Source: Haliotis rubra
Taxonomy: Eukaryota
Assembly (NCBI RefSeq): GCF_003918875.1
Contig: NW_025766981.1
Coordinates: 496,001-560,000, forward strand
Direction: 5' to 3'
Length of the DNA stretch: 64,000 nucleotides
A program made the translations under genes and the position numbers. Below are positions 1 to 11,821 of this stretch, piece by piece. The notes beneath the pieces are model-generated. The model did no database searches. It saw only the letters and a list, made by a program, of their open reading frames with translations, and had not been told where the DNA came from. How positions within the stretch are numbered: the first letter of the stretch is position 1; each line of letters begins with the position of its first letter.

Positions 1-582
1 AATGTCTGCCGTGAACGCGTACCCCGCTAGGTAGAAGGTGAAGCTAGACCCACACAATCCGTCAGCGCCGTACCCGATGAAGAAATAGCGAAGGTCCAGA
101 TTCCATGCGATGGTAGCAACTGTCGTGAGGTCTCTGGTGATTCTCCCCACCAACATGGTCATGAACAAGAACCGGCGTCCGAAATAGTCCGAATAGGCTC
201 CAAGAAATAGGTTGGTGAAGATAGCAGGGATGCTTGTAGCGAGGGTGAGCTGCATGTTGAGGTTGGTCGCATCTCTCTGGACCTCATCCTGGAGGTCGGA
301 GTCCGCTGCGGTGTTGTTGACAACACATTGACCGTGAGACGTCTTCCTTTCCGGATACGTTGAGTTTGGAAAGTACTGTTGGCTGTATCGCAGGTATAGG
401 TACTGGGACATGAGTGGACTGTGGATAGCAGAGGAGCCGCCATGGAGGAACAGGATGAGGCTGACGAGGAGCAGGCGGCCGATTTGGGTGGTCTGGTGGT
501 TTCCAGGAACAATGTTCTGGTCGCCGACATCTTTAATGAGTGGTTCTGTCTCACGTCCTTGGTTGATGTTTTCGTCCTCCAT
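1..582 (-). CDS. SLC46-family (PCFT/HCP1-like) MFS transporter, paralog 1; 5' part only, runs off window start
   Basis: Not in the ORF track (no stop inside window). Manual translation from ATG at 582: MEDENINQGRETEPLIKD...LMSQYLYLR...NLFLGAYSDYFGRRFLF...DGLCGSSFTFYLAGYAFTADI. Contains the SDxxGRR MFS loop and the AxTAD motif shared with the other paralogs. Confidence 0.9.
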   Translation of the reverse strand, partial: MEDENINQGRETEPLIKDVGDQNIVPGNHQTTQIGRLLLVSLILFLHGGSSAIHSPLMSQYLYLRYSQQYFPNSTYPERKTSHGQCVVNNTAADSDLQDEVQRDATNLNMQLTLATSIPAIFTNLFLGAYSDYFGRRFLFMTMLVGRITRDLTTVATIAWNLDLRYFFIGYGADGLCGSSFTFYLAGYAFTADI

Positions 583-1272
583 CCCAGGCTTGTGTTCGTG
601 TTATTGTGAATCGTATTGATACGGGTTATCAACTGACGTCTTTCACTGACAGATAAACTAGTAAACGTACCTGTCAGTTCCAGTACGTATCACATAATAA
701 CCTGGGAACAATCTGGGACACATTGACGAGATTGCACGCCAACATGTACACAGCAGGGTGATGATAACATACTGGGTTTTTTCTAACCGTTTTTTTCACA
801 GAACTAGATAGCATGTAAAGCGATTTGATGTGTATGATTTTAAGACGCTTTTAGCAATATTCCGGCAATAGGACGGCGGGGGACACCAGAAATGGGCTTC
901 ACACATTATTGAACAAACTTGATGGTAAACAGCTTCTTTGTTTCGTGAGTGCGACGTTTGGATACGGATTCTTGTGTAACAGCTCACGCCGAGACAACAC
1001 GACTCGCTGTGGGGTGTGAATCCGTTTATTGTTGAGCAGAAGAAAAATACCCTGTAACATTTCATTATGAATATAAATCACATTGCATTGAATGACAGTG
1101 GTATCACAGATTCATTTGCACATATGTGAGAAAAGAAGGGAGACAACTTAAAAAAGCATTTAACGCATGATCACATTTGAACAATAAACAAATGCATTGA
1201 TAATGAACGGTTTTCCCTTTGAATTATTTCAATTCAATAACGATGCTGGGTTTGTAATAGGAGTTTATTATA

Positions 1273-2151
1273 TACTAGCCACATAAAGAAACTGTGCATT
1301 GTCAAAATATTATCCCAGTCGATAAGTACGATAACAATGTCAAAGGTACATATAAACTTTAATGGAGGGATCATGAGACCATAACAAGTCATCGGGGAGA
1401 ATTGGACTCATCTGTAAAACAACATTTATCCACATAAACAAGGGTCTGCGGACATGATTTCGGCACCACATTCGGCGAGCTTGTCGATGACGTTGTGTCA
1501 GGATAGGCCGTATGGCGGGACGTCGTGGTCTGATCCCGTGATGACGTAAACGTTGTCGAACAGTGTTGGGGTGGATACGGCGAAGTCCTGGGATGGTTCG
1601 GGCAGTCATCACTGCAGTCTGAAACCTGTGGCGCAGATTGGTCACCCTTATCCATCTGTCCTGTCTTGGCGTTGTTACACGTGGACGTCCAGAACGTGTT
1701 CGATCGATGACGTCATTTGTGTTCTGGTAGCGTCTCACCAGTGCAGAAATGGTGTGCCGGTGGCAGTGGAAATGTGCAGCCACTTTTCGTTGAGACATCC
1801 CCCACGGACCATCCCAATGGCCTCATGACGTTGTGCAGACGTGAGCCTTGGCATGCTATGCGTTTCAATAGCCGTTTAATTTTTTGAACGATCGCAAGGG
1901 CAGGGGTTGAGCTTTCCAAAGTGACAGTATTGTGTGGCATTCATTTGCTCTGTTTCTCTTGCCCGGAATGCACGTGCAACAACGTATTGCACGTCTCAAG
2001 GACGAACCCACTGCCGTCACGGAACGTGGCACGTGCATGCATGTTGGATACATGTCACTAATCTCTGAGTTTAAATCCTTATGTGTCTACACAGGTTTGA
2101 TAAATTTAGATTTTAAATTTTTGTATGCACAGTTTCTTTATGTGCCTAGTA
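1273..2151 (-). mobile_element. Internally deleted Tc1/mariner DNA transposon
   Basis: ~27-bp TIRs (TACTAGCCACATAAAGAAACTGTGCAT / ATGCACAGTTTCTTTATGTGCCTAGTA) flanked by TA. Transposase from ATG 1854 (MPRLTSAQRHEAIGM...RSGRPRVTT...paired-like HTH) is frameshifted and ends just after the FTDES first-Asp motif; the rest of the DDE domain is missing. Confidence 0.9.
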
Positions 2152-2629
2152 TAATATGTATGTTCTCCATATGAGAATGAAAGGCACATGTTTAACATGT
2201 CGTATTCAAAATTAGCTCACCCGTCTATAAGACAAAGCAACTCCGTTATCTTCCTGCCCGACGGCAACGTTTGAAACCCTTGGTAACACAAAATTGTCAA
2301 TTGTACATATAAGACACGCATCCACAGCTAATACATGCCATGCAGATCTCACTCCCAGCAGCCATAATAACAGCGCGTACAGTTTACACACTAGAAAACT
2401 TGGAAAGTACTTGAGAGAATTAAATAATAGAATACAACATTAGGTGTGAATATTTTACATCCGGAACCGGTGTAGCTAGCATAACGTTTACATTTTTAAA
2501 ATGCTAATATTGAAGAATGTGTAAATAGACGTTTTTAGCCTAGAACAGTAGGTTAACTACATTACTAATACTTCATAACCTGACAACTTTATAAAGCATT
2601 TGTACAACCAAATATATACTAACTAACCA

Positions 2630-2846
2630 ACCGCCTCCGTGGTGTAGTGGTTAGAGCGTCCGCCTGGAGAGCGGAAGGTCGCGGGTTCGATGGTATCTCA
2701 GTGGGCTAGCACTATAAAACCAGCTAAGCAGCTTAAGTCTGGGCTAGTACAAGCAGCCGCACATACACATACACACGCATGCACGTCGTCATATGAGCGA
2801 AATATTCTCAAGCACGACGTTAAACCCAATTTCACCTCACCTCACT
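2630..2846 (+). mobile_element. tRNA-derived SINE family C (MetaSINE-like), internally deleted copy
   Basis: A box/B box head (GGTGTAGTGGTTAG...GGTTCGA) joined directly to the 3' half seen in the full copy at 46032-46365. Confidence 0.75.
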
Positions 2847-4163
2847 AACTAAGCTGGACTCACATGTTCGGCACTCAGAACGCAATGACAACCACCAGAC
2901 ACAACGAGGCATCATCTTATTGAAACAGATGATCCAATCAGCCAATCAAAATCCTCAACATTATCACAAAGATTCCCACTAACATGAAATGGACGTGATA
3001 TGCATATTCATCAAACTGGCCTAACCAGACAACAGGCAAAGAGAAAACCATGATTACTGTTATCCACAAAACTGTACAACACAAAACAAGGAAATGTTTT
3101 TTATGTATAGAACAAACTACAATGTATAAAATACGTGAAAACGTCACTGCTACACTTGTACCACTGCCAAGCAGGAAACAAGTTTCACACATTGTACTGA
3201 TGTGGGGAATCGAACCACGAGTGAACGCTTTAACCACGAGACTACCCCACCACCCCTAGATGACATGTAAAGGCAAGACTGTATGCATAGTATAGAAGAA
3301 CTCCAAGAACATTCGAATATGTTCCTCTATAATTTTATACACGCCATAATCGCATTAGGGATACTCAATACCCATTCTCTCTCGGTGTCCAGAATATAAA
3401 AAATATTTGATAGTATGGAAACTGTTTAATACAATTGCAGCAAAATTTCAAGGTACATTTAACACCGTTATTATCAAACACTGATAACATCGTTATGTAC
3501 AGGACCCGTGAAGGTTCTGGTTTGAATATTGGCCTTCAGTAACCCATGCTTGTCCAGACCGCCGCCATATAGCTGGAATATTGCTGAGTGCGGCGTAAAA
3601 CTAAACTCACTCACTCACGCTATCTACAAAGTTAACGAGTAGGAGTTATGTAGGTTCTAGATTTAAATGACAATATACATTTTACTTATAAGTTGCCCAT
3701 TCAATGCATTTCGTCGTGTATTTGCTTTTGTATGACGTTTCCAAGTGACACTCACATCTTCATTTAGAATGCCCTGTAGTGTTGTAGCTAGTGGTTAATA
3801 ACACGTTACATTTATTCTGATTTCAAACTTCCATTTGAACAGGGTCCTGACGAAGTTCGTTTTCTGTTTCTAGGTTAAATAGTAAATTCGACACTAAGCT
3901 ATTCAATGTACAGCTCAATCTGATATTAAAGCTACTGCCAATTTACTACTGAAATTGTCAAAACTTTAAAGCTGCACCGTTTGTCAGCTGTATTATTGCA
4001 ATATAACGAGTGTCAGTCTGATCCCATGTATTCGAAAACATTTTTATTCATAATTCACCGTTTAGTACAAGCACGTTTGCTCCTGTTGGTTATGTTAGAC
4101 AGCTGCAAACACCATCCATATGATATACTGCTGACGTCACATGTGAGTTACGTCATGATGACG

Positions 4164-7100
4164 TCATGGTGGTTCGCTGGGTGACTTCATTTCGACTTTG
4201 ACCGGAGGCTCGACAACAGACTGTGATTCTTGGGCGTCTCCCTTCGTTATGTAGAGAAATGCACTGCCAATAAATAGACACGTTACAGAAAGTGCCAAAG
4301 TACCCTGGTGAGGTTTCCCAGCGGTCCTTGATCACGTGAAAGTATAAAAAGACAACACTATTTGTTACCAAGGTCCTTGGCCTAATTTTCTATATATTTA
4401 TTTATTTAGGACGTATATTACGAAGCACCGTGCTACAAAATTCAATGCAATGTACACCGAAACGTCGCACTCTTTGCAAATCAGAAGTTGAATATCCATA
4501 GACCTTGGTTTTCCTTCATCTTTACAACTTGTAAAATGCCTCTCAAAGACGATGTACCTAAATACACGGTATTCATCATATGAAAAGTAGATCCTATCAA
4601 ACAAATGAGGCACACTGAATCGATCAATTACATAGAGAATCTCACCATGAGTTGATAAACTAACAAATATCCGAGGCTTGCCGAGGATATTTTTACTTTT
4701 ATCAACGAGTGTTGATATATTTGATATAAGAGGACACGAGGGTGAGATTCTATTTATCATAAAAATTCACTCTTCATTAGTTTTCAATGAAAAATGTACA
4801 TCTCTGAACACAGTACTGCCATTAGATTTGCAGTGCAGCGATGTCATAACATTGTGACGTCAACAAGTCCATGACGTCATAGCACTGTCAGGGCATTGTA
4901 CAAAATCTACTCTCAAAACGATATCTCCTAGGAGATATCGTCTGATCTCACACAAGCGATATCTACTGTGGAACACAGTTTTGGATGATAAATGTACATG
5001 TGTCCACACCGAGTTAAAACTATTTTCGTAATGTCTGAAAGACTATCGAACATGCAGGCTTCTTTTAAGACAACAGGTCATAGTAGATGCTTTGAGACTG
5101 AACATATGTAATTCAAGGTGACAAATAAATATTTATAATTATTGGTTACATGTATTCATAAAAGTGTTAGAAATATTTTGCGCAACAATCATTTATGACA
5201 GTTAATGAGGTGTAGGTCTTACATAATAAAAACAGCGCAGATTCCTCCCATTCCGGCCATTACGAAGAAGACCGCACCTCTGAATGTGTCAACAGTAGCG
5301 CGATAGACGGTGTTGTACAATGTCTGCGACAGGGTGCCACACACACCCTCCGCGGCCGCAATACTGGAGAACATAGCACCTGCAACACAGAACATAGGAT
5401 AGCACCTGCAATACAGACCATAGTATAGCACCTTCAACAAGGCAACTATTTTGTGAGGCTGTGTCCGGTATTGGACAGGTTCACCCAAACGCAACTTTCC
5501 CAAAGAGTATGGTACAGTGCGCGAGGTCCTCGGGATATTGACGGGATATTGCAGGAAATGCGGCGTAAAACTATTCTCGCTCACCTTGTTCAGTCGATGA
5601 CGTCATCTTCGACATGACAGATCGGGCAACAGGGACGACGGTGAATGATATAAGGCTGACCAGAGGAACTGCAAAAATATCAAATGTGTAGGATATGACG
5701 TAAAGATTTATGTATTTCCAATATATACGAATAATGGTATTGTGAAAACAAAAGGGTATGTATTTTGTTACTCGTGTATTATAAACCTGTATATTTCGAT
5801 ATTGTGGCAGACGAGATTCCAGACAAATAGTGTATTTAAATGTCCACGCTCTCTCGGAGGGTTTGATTCCATGCTATTGGGACCACGTGTAACATCTAAT
5901 TCGACACGTAGGGTACTGAGTGAGTGCGTGAGTGAGTGAATTTAGTTTTACGCCACACTCAGCTATATGGCGGCGGCCTGTAAATAATAGAGTCTGGACC
6001 AGACAATCCAGTGATCAACAGCATGAGCATCGATCTGCGCAATTGGGAACCGTGACATGCGTGAACCAAGTCAGCGAACCTGACCACCCGATCCCGTAAG
6101 TCGCCTCTTACGACAAGCATGGGTTACTGAAGATCAATTCTAACCCGTACCTTCACGGGTCACATAGGGTAGTGGAATAGCCAAGTGGCAAAGTCTCCAT
6201 TTCTGGTCGACCATGCACCATGATATTGTAGAGATATCGCTAAAAGCGATGTAAACATTGTTCACCTAGTACTTTGTTTAGTTTTGTTAAAGCGTTTTTT
6301 AGCTTCAAGTCAGCAAATTGAAGGACAATGAAACCAAGAATGGACTGGAAGCAATACCCATTTAACGAATTCAACCTGAGTAGTTAAGAAAAGCCTAGGA
6401 AACCATGTTTATAAACATAAGAGATCTCGGCTAAAAACAGTCCTTTCTGCGATTCTTGTCATAACTATGTGAATATATGAAATCTTGTGATGATACCATG
6501 TGTTCGCAAAAGGGCCAGTGTATCATGCCCCAATAGAGACACAGCTCACAAACACATGCAAAGGTAAGTCAAGTATGCACAAATAGTTCAGATCAATATA
6601 CGTAATTGCAAGGTAGTTGTTGATCAGTTTCACATCAGTAATACAATTGTCACATGCACCAATGGCCAGAGAAGAACATCCATCCGACTGTTGCTTTGTC
6701 TTCCGAAACATAACCAGCCCTGTGTTATAAATGAACTATTAATGGCACATAATCAATTACAAACATGTACCTGACCTTTGTAAAAAATTCTCATTGACAT
6801 CTACAGTTACCCCACCATAAGTGTTTAAATAATATTTAGTAGAGTGCTCTCAATGTTTCCTGTGAAACAGTGGAGAAACTTCAGAATCTACAATCTTACC
6901 CGAATAAAGCATCCAGTCATTGAAAGCCAGTGCCTCTATCACCAACGAGGCGGTGCCGAAAGCTAATCCAATCAACGCAATTGTCATGTCTCGAAAACAT
7001 GGTTGTAAAAGTTTGAGTCCAAAGAGGCCACACAAAACAGAGAAGGACAGTCTGATAGCACCATAATAGCCGATCTTCAAAGGGCTCCAACAGAACGGCT

Positions 7101-8043
7101 TGTCTAATTGATACAGAATTTCCAGGCTTGACCTTCCCATATTTCGGAACATCCCAAAAAAGAATATAAGCAATGCTAGTATATACATAGCTCGCTGTTT
7201 GCCCGAACCTCGTGCGAAGAAGAAACCCAAAACCTTCTTGATGTGTGGCAGCGGAGACCAATGTTTTTCCACCTTCTCGGTCATAGTTTCAGGTAGGATT
7301 GTAATTATCAGGATCAGTGGCAGAGTAAAGATGGCGGTAATCATTATGGCAGCGTACAAGTAACTGACCTTATCTATGAGGAATCCAACGGCCAACTGGC
7401 CGACAGACCCAGCCACAGCAAAGAAACCCTCCACAATGGCTATCATAATAGTGCGTTTCTTTCCAGGCTCCGTGACATCTGCAGTGTATGCAAACACACC
7501 CAGTAAATACCCGTTATAAGACCCAGAGAGACCCTCCAAAACATAACCCAAAAAGAGCCAGTCAAGGGAAAGCCGAAACGCTATGACAAGACAGAGAACT
7601 GTTGCTTTCAGAGCCGCCCCTAGGTTTGGCATGAAGAATAGGACTCTTCTTCCAAGAAAGTCGGAATAGGATCCTATAACCAGGTTGACGAAGATGGAAA
7701 TAATGGATCCAGAGATTGATAAATACAGCAAGATGTCCGCCGATTGTTGCTGGATCTTTACTCTAATCAGATTGTCATCGTTGCTTTTGTTCCTGCTGCA
7801 GATGTTCCCATTTCCATTGCTAACGTTTGTATTGTTGGTGTAGGACTCGGCTATCCGTTTTCTCACCAACTGGGTGACAACTGGTGACATGGCTAAAACA
7901 CCTGACATATAAACTACCGCGACTATCCCACAAGCCACCATGGCCCTTAGCAAGGGCACCCTCTTGGCATTACCATCACCATCATCATCATCATCATCAT
8001 CTCTGTGGATACTGTAACCGTTAGAGCTACCATCTTTCCCCAT
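4164..8043 (-). CDS. SLC46-family transporter, paralog 2 (494 aa, 4 exons)
   Basis: Exons 8043-6900, 5668-5585 (84 nt), 5379-5223 (157 nt), 4263-4164 (TGA). All GT-AG, phases 1/1/2, 1485 nt in frame. Motifs SDFLGRR, AYTAD, PFCWSP, ARSVMSK, QGAMFS. Confidence 0.92.
5917..6161 (-). mobile_element. SINE family B (no tRNA head visible; V-SINE/RUDI-like core, tentative)
   Basis: ~245-bp repeat containing CTTGTCGTAAGAGGCGAC and ending GCGGCGTAAAACTAAA(CTCA)n. Other copies or fragments at about 3502-3617, 16620-17425 (interrupted), 30168-30382, 31965-32110, 36435-36675, 38388-38592, 39305-39548, 44770-44990, 45184-45428, 46495-46893, 62012-62235 and 63140-63307. Confidence 0.8.
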
Positions 8044-9334
8044 GCTGCTGGTGTTCCTCGTACACTGCTATGATGCCTCAGTCAGCTCATGGAAACAGTC
8101 ACAAGAGCGTACGTTATCACATGAGTGCACAGGTGATAAAAATACTTAAATTAGAACACCACTTATAAGGTCACGAGGCAGGTTGATAGTAGTTTAGTAA
8201 CGTCCACTTGTATGTGTTTAGATACGTATCGTGTCATGACTGTGGTAAACTGTATGATAAATGAGCGTAGCATCCGCGCCAAGTGAGATCAGTATCTTCC
8301 GTTCCGGATAGAGAGTAACACCTGGATTGACTATTTCGAACATTATTACCGGTTTGTTCTTTGGTTGTTGTTTTTTGTGTGTGTCCTGTTGGGAGATAGA
8401 TCTATGAAGTTTATCAGGGGGCTAAGACAAAAAGAAAATGATTCAAGACGAAACTGTTATTCGAACCCCAAATCCATGTTCTTTCTGACGTCGGATGGTA
8501 AAGGATAACGGCCTCATAGTCCCCGAACCTCATTGTTTCCATTTCTCCATACCCTTTCAGGAATATATGAGCCAAACTAAAGCAAGTATAGGTGTATAGT
8601 TTCCGATCTGAATCTCCGGGTTCACAGGGCCTCCTTTATTTATAACAGGTATTTGTTTCTATCAATAAAAATATGTTCAATTAATATATATCAACTAACC
8701 ATTGCTCTAGTAAAGGATGAAACTCACATATCAGTAAAACAACACAAATGCGCATTAAATAAATAGACACAATTACAAAGATACAACTTTGAAGCGTTTC
8801 TCTCTGCATTTAAATACATTTATGCTTTGTTTATTCCACACCGTCTATGAGTGCACTAATAGTAAACATATCAATGAACTGGTCTTCAGTTGAATTTGTC
8901 TTCAGCACCTCATGTTACAAAGGTAAGAGGAAAGTAACGGGATCAGGTGGTAAGGCTCACCGACTTGGCTGATACATGTCAATGTGTCCCATTGGCGAAA
9001 ACCGACGCTCATGATATATAGAATCGATTATTAACAGACCGCCGTCATACAACTGAAATGTTGCCGAGTTCTGTATTTAAAACTAACAAACAAAACTAAC
9101 AATGAACAAACTCAACAAACACATTTTCATCGTGACATGTGTAAACTTACGTTACTAGGATATACCATTGTACCATCATTATTGTAACACCGAATAACCA
9201 TGTTTTTCCTTGTTCATCTCTTTGAGAATCTAGTCAACCATGGGTGTTTACCACTTTTGCAATACAGTTAATTCTGTTTCTGACTGTCGAATCTAACATT
9301 TTGGGACGTCTTTGTCTTGTCACGAGTTATAAGT

Positions 9335-9505
9335 GAGTGAGTGAGTGAGTTTAGTTTTACGCCGCTTTTAGCAATATTCCGGCCAGCAATATCACGGCGG
9401 GGGACACCAGAAATGGGCTTCACACATTGTACCCATGTGGGGAATCGAACCCGGGTCTTCGGCGTGACGAGCGAACGCTTTGACCACTAGGCTACCCCAC
9501 CGCCC
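9335..9505 (-). mobile_element. SINE family A (tRNA-Asp-like head), full-length copy with TSD
   Basis: 15-bp TSD TCACGAGTTATAAGT at 9320-9334 and 9506-9520; A/B boxes; GTC anticodon-like loop; (CTCA)n tail. Confidence 0.88.
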
Positions 9506-9662
9506 TCACGAGTTATAAGTATTACTGAGACACTTATGAACGTAGACATAAAGGTTGCAAAACAATTCCTTCTTTATCTCATGGCTACGCTAACTTTACA
9601 GGTGTTACAGATAGCCTGTTTATGCAAAGTGGGAAATAGAATAACATTTTACATCCCTGTGC

Positions 9663-10155
9663 ATTGAACCCAGGCACAGGCCTAAGAGCATTGAACCCGG
9701 GTACAGTTTCCAAGAGCTTTAACCCAGGTAAGGTGCCCAAGAGCATTACACCCAGACACTGTTCCAAAGAGCGTTGAACCCAGGCACAGTTCCCAAGTGC
9801 GTTGAACCCAGGTACGGTTCCCAAGAGCTTTGAACCCAAGTACGGTTCCCAAGAGCGTTCAACCCAAGTACGGTTCCCAAGATAATTGAACCCAAGTACG
9901 GTTCCCAAGATAATTGAAACCAAGTACGGTTCCCAAGATAATTGAACCCAAGTACGGTTCCCAAGATCAATGAACCCGGGTACGGTTCCCAAGATCATTG
10001 AACCCGGGTACGGTTCCCAAGATCGTTGAACCCAAGTACGGTTCCCAAGAGAATTCAACCCCGGTTCAGTTCCCAAGAGCGTTGAAACCAAGCACAGTTC
10101 CCAAGAGCGTTGAACCCAGGTAAGTTCCCAAGAGCGTTGAACTTTAAGTACGGTT
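9663..10155. repeat. 28-bp minisatellite, ~17 copies
   Basis: Unit approximately TTGAACCCAAGTACGGTTCCCAAGAGCG; explains the repetitive spurious ORFs at 9585-10091 and 9746-9970. Confidence 0.92.
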
Positions 10156-11001
10156 TCTTTGTACAGTAACAGGTTCAGGAGAGGTTATCAGTATGTGTGA
10201 CTGACTGCTGTCTGCCGCTATACCCATTCCTTGGGTTCCTTGTAACTGCGAGGTCATCACAGGTAAAGCTGTTGAAGTCATTGTGAACATGTGAACAACT
10301 GGAGTTATTCTTTATTGCGGAATGCGTGAATATCATACATTATACATGATGATAATTTGGGACAAAAAAACATCTAACATATGCCAACTCAAACAACAAC
10401 ATGCAGAAAATTATGTTGTGAGATTGTTGCAGAAGCACACGTTATATACCACTGTATATAACTTATTAGTTAACTTCACGAAACCAGCATCAAAATATAC
10501 CGTATGTGTCATTTTATTAAATACCAAACTATAATGCATACATGTATGTAAATTACTTCAAAGGACCATGTAATAATACTGAAACCATTCACAAAGAACA
10601 AAGCTGTGGTAAACAGGTACAGTGTTGTCATCCCGATGTGTAGAGTTCGATTCATTTTTGGTTTGTGAAACCTCGGGACAAATTGTTTCTCCGTAGCAAG
10701 CTCAGTAAACAACTGTGCCACACAGTAGCACGACTCTTCTTGAAGCAAATTGGACTCCACAATTCTTCACAAGTCATTGCTTCACAGTCCCTTGAGAAAG
10801 TAGTCAAAGTGTACTGTTACATTTGGGCTTACGCCTTTTTAGTAAAATACAAAATCCTATATATTTTGGAGGTTGAATCCAATCCTGGATTCTGTCCCAC
10901 AACTTCGGGATTAGCACAATGCTAACACACTGTCATTGGCCGAACCCACTTAGGGAAGCCTCTGTTGGTAAGAGACTCAGCGACGTAACCCAGAGAAAAT
11001 G

Positions 11002-11032
<31 letters not shown>

Positions 11033-11821
11033 CGTGCACACACACACACGCACAGATCACTGAGAGCTAATATATTTAAGAAAAGAAATGAAGAAATTAT
11101 ATCTGTACAAAGGATCTTCAGACTTTTGTCTTTTGTGTGTGTGTATATATATATACTGAGAGCTAGGGCTCGTGTTCAAATTATAAAAAAAACAGCTGAA
11201 GCGGTCCGGCGGTCAAGCTCAATAATTGGTTGATTGCAAGTAATCGGACCCCGACATGATAGATTACTGCACTGGATTGTGCTGCCCAAACTCGGTTATT
11301 TACAGCCAACGGTTATATAGCTGGAATACTGCTGCGTGGCATCGGTAACAAAACCAAACAACAACAAAACACAAAGAAACCCATCGATGCCTAATGGAAA
11401 GCTTTGCTAGCTGTTTTTTGTTGGCTTTTTCTTTTTTTTTTTAAGGGTGGGGATAGGGTGTGGTGGGTTGGGGGTTTGTTGTTGTAATTCTTGTGTTGTT
11501 GTTTTTGTACACTACAACATCAACAGTATTGGCTTGTGTCTTTACCGGTAAGGTCGGTTAGTGGTTGAAGTGTTCTCTTGTCTCACTGAAGCCACGCGCT
11601 CGAATCGCGTTACGTGAGTGTGAGTGTGTAGGGAATACACCCTGGGTCAAGGCACATAGGCCTCCATACTGGTAGTTCATTTTTACAAATGTCCAAAATG
11701 ATGAAAGAGTTACGTCATTTCAGATCCAGAAATATGACCCAGAAAACAGTTTTATGTTTATGAGATCTTCACTAACTTCTTCGTGCATTGCGAGTGTTGG
11801 GCACGTGCATGTGTCTCAGTT

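Noticed and set aside
159-632. 157-aa minus ORF and two small plus ORFs
   Set aside because: Alternative frames of SLC46 paralog 1 exon 1.
4130-4340. Cluster of TGACGTCA (CRE) and TCACGTGA (CLEAR-like) motifs
   Set aside because: Lies at the stop codon and last intron of paralog 2, not at a promoter; CLEAR-like sites are not consistently upstream of the paralogs.
6115-6161. Hammerhead ribozyme in SINE B (CTGAAGA core)
   Set aside because: No properly placed GAAA or three-stem junction found by eye.
9585-10155. CRISPR-like array or repetitive protein ORFs
   Set aside because: Units are contiguous with no unique spacers, the context is eukaryotic, and the ORFs are by-products of a 28-bp minisatellite.
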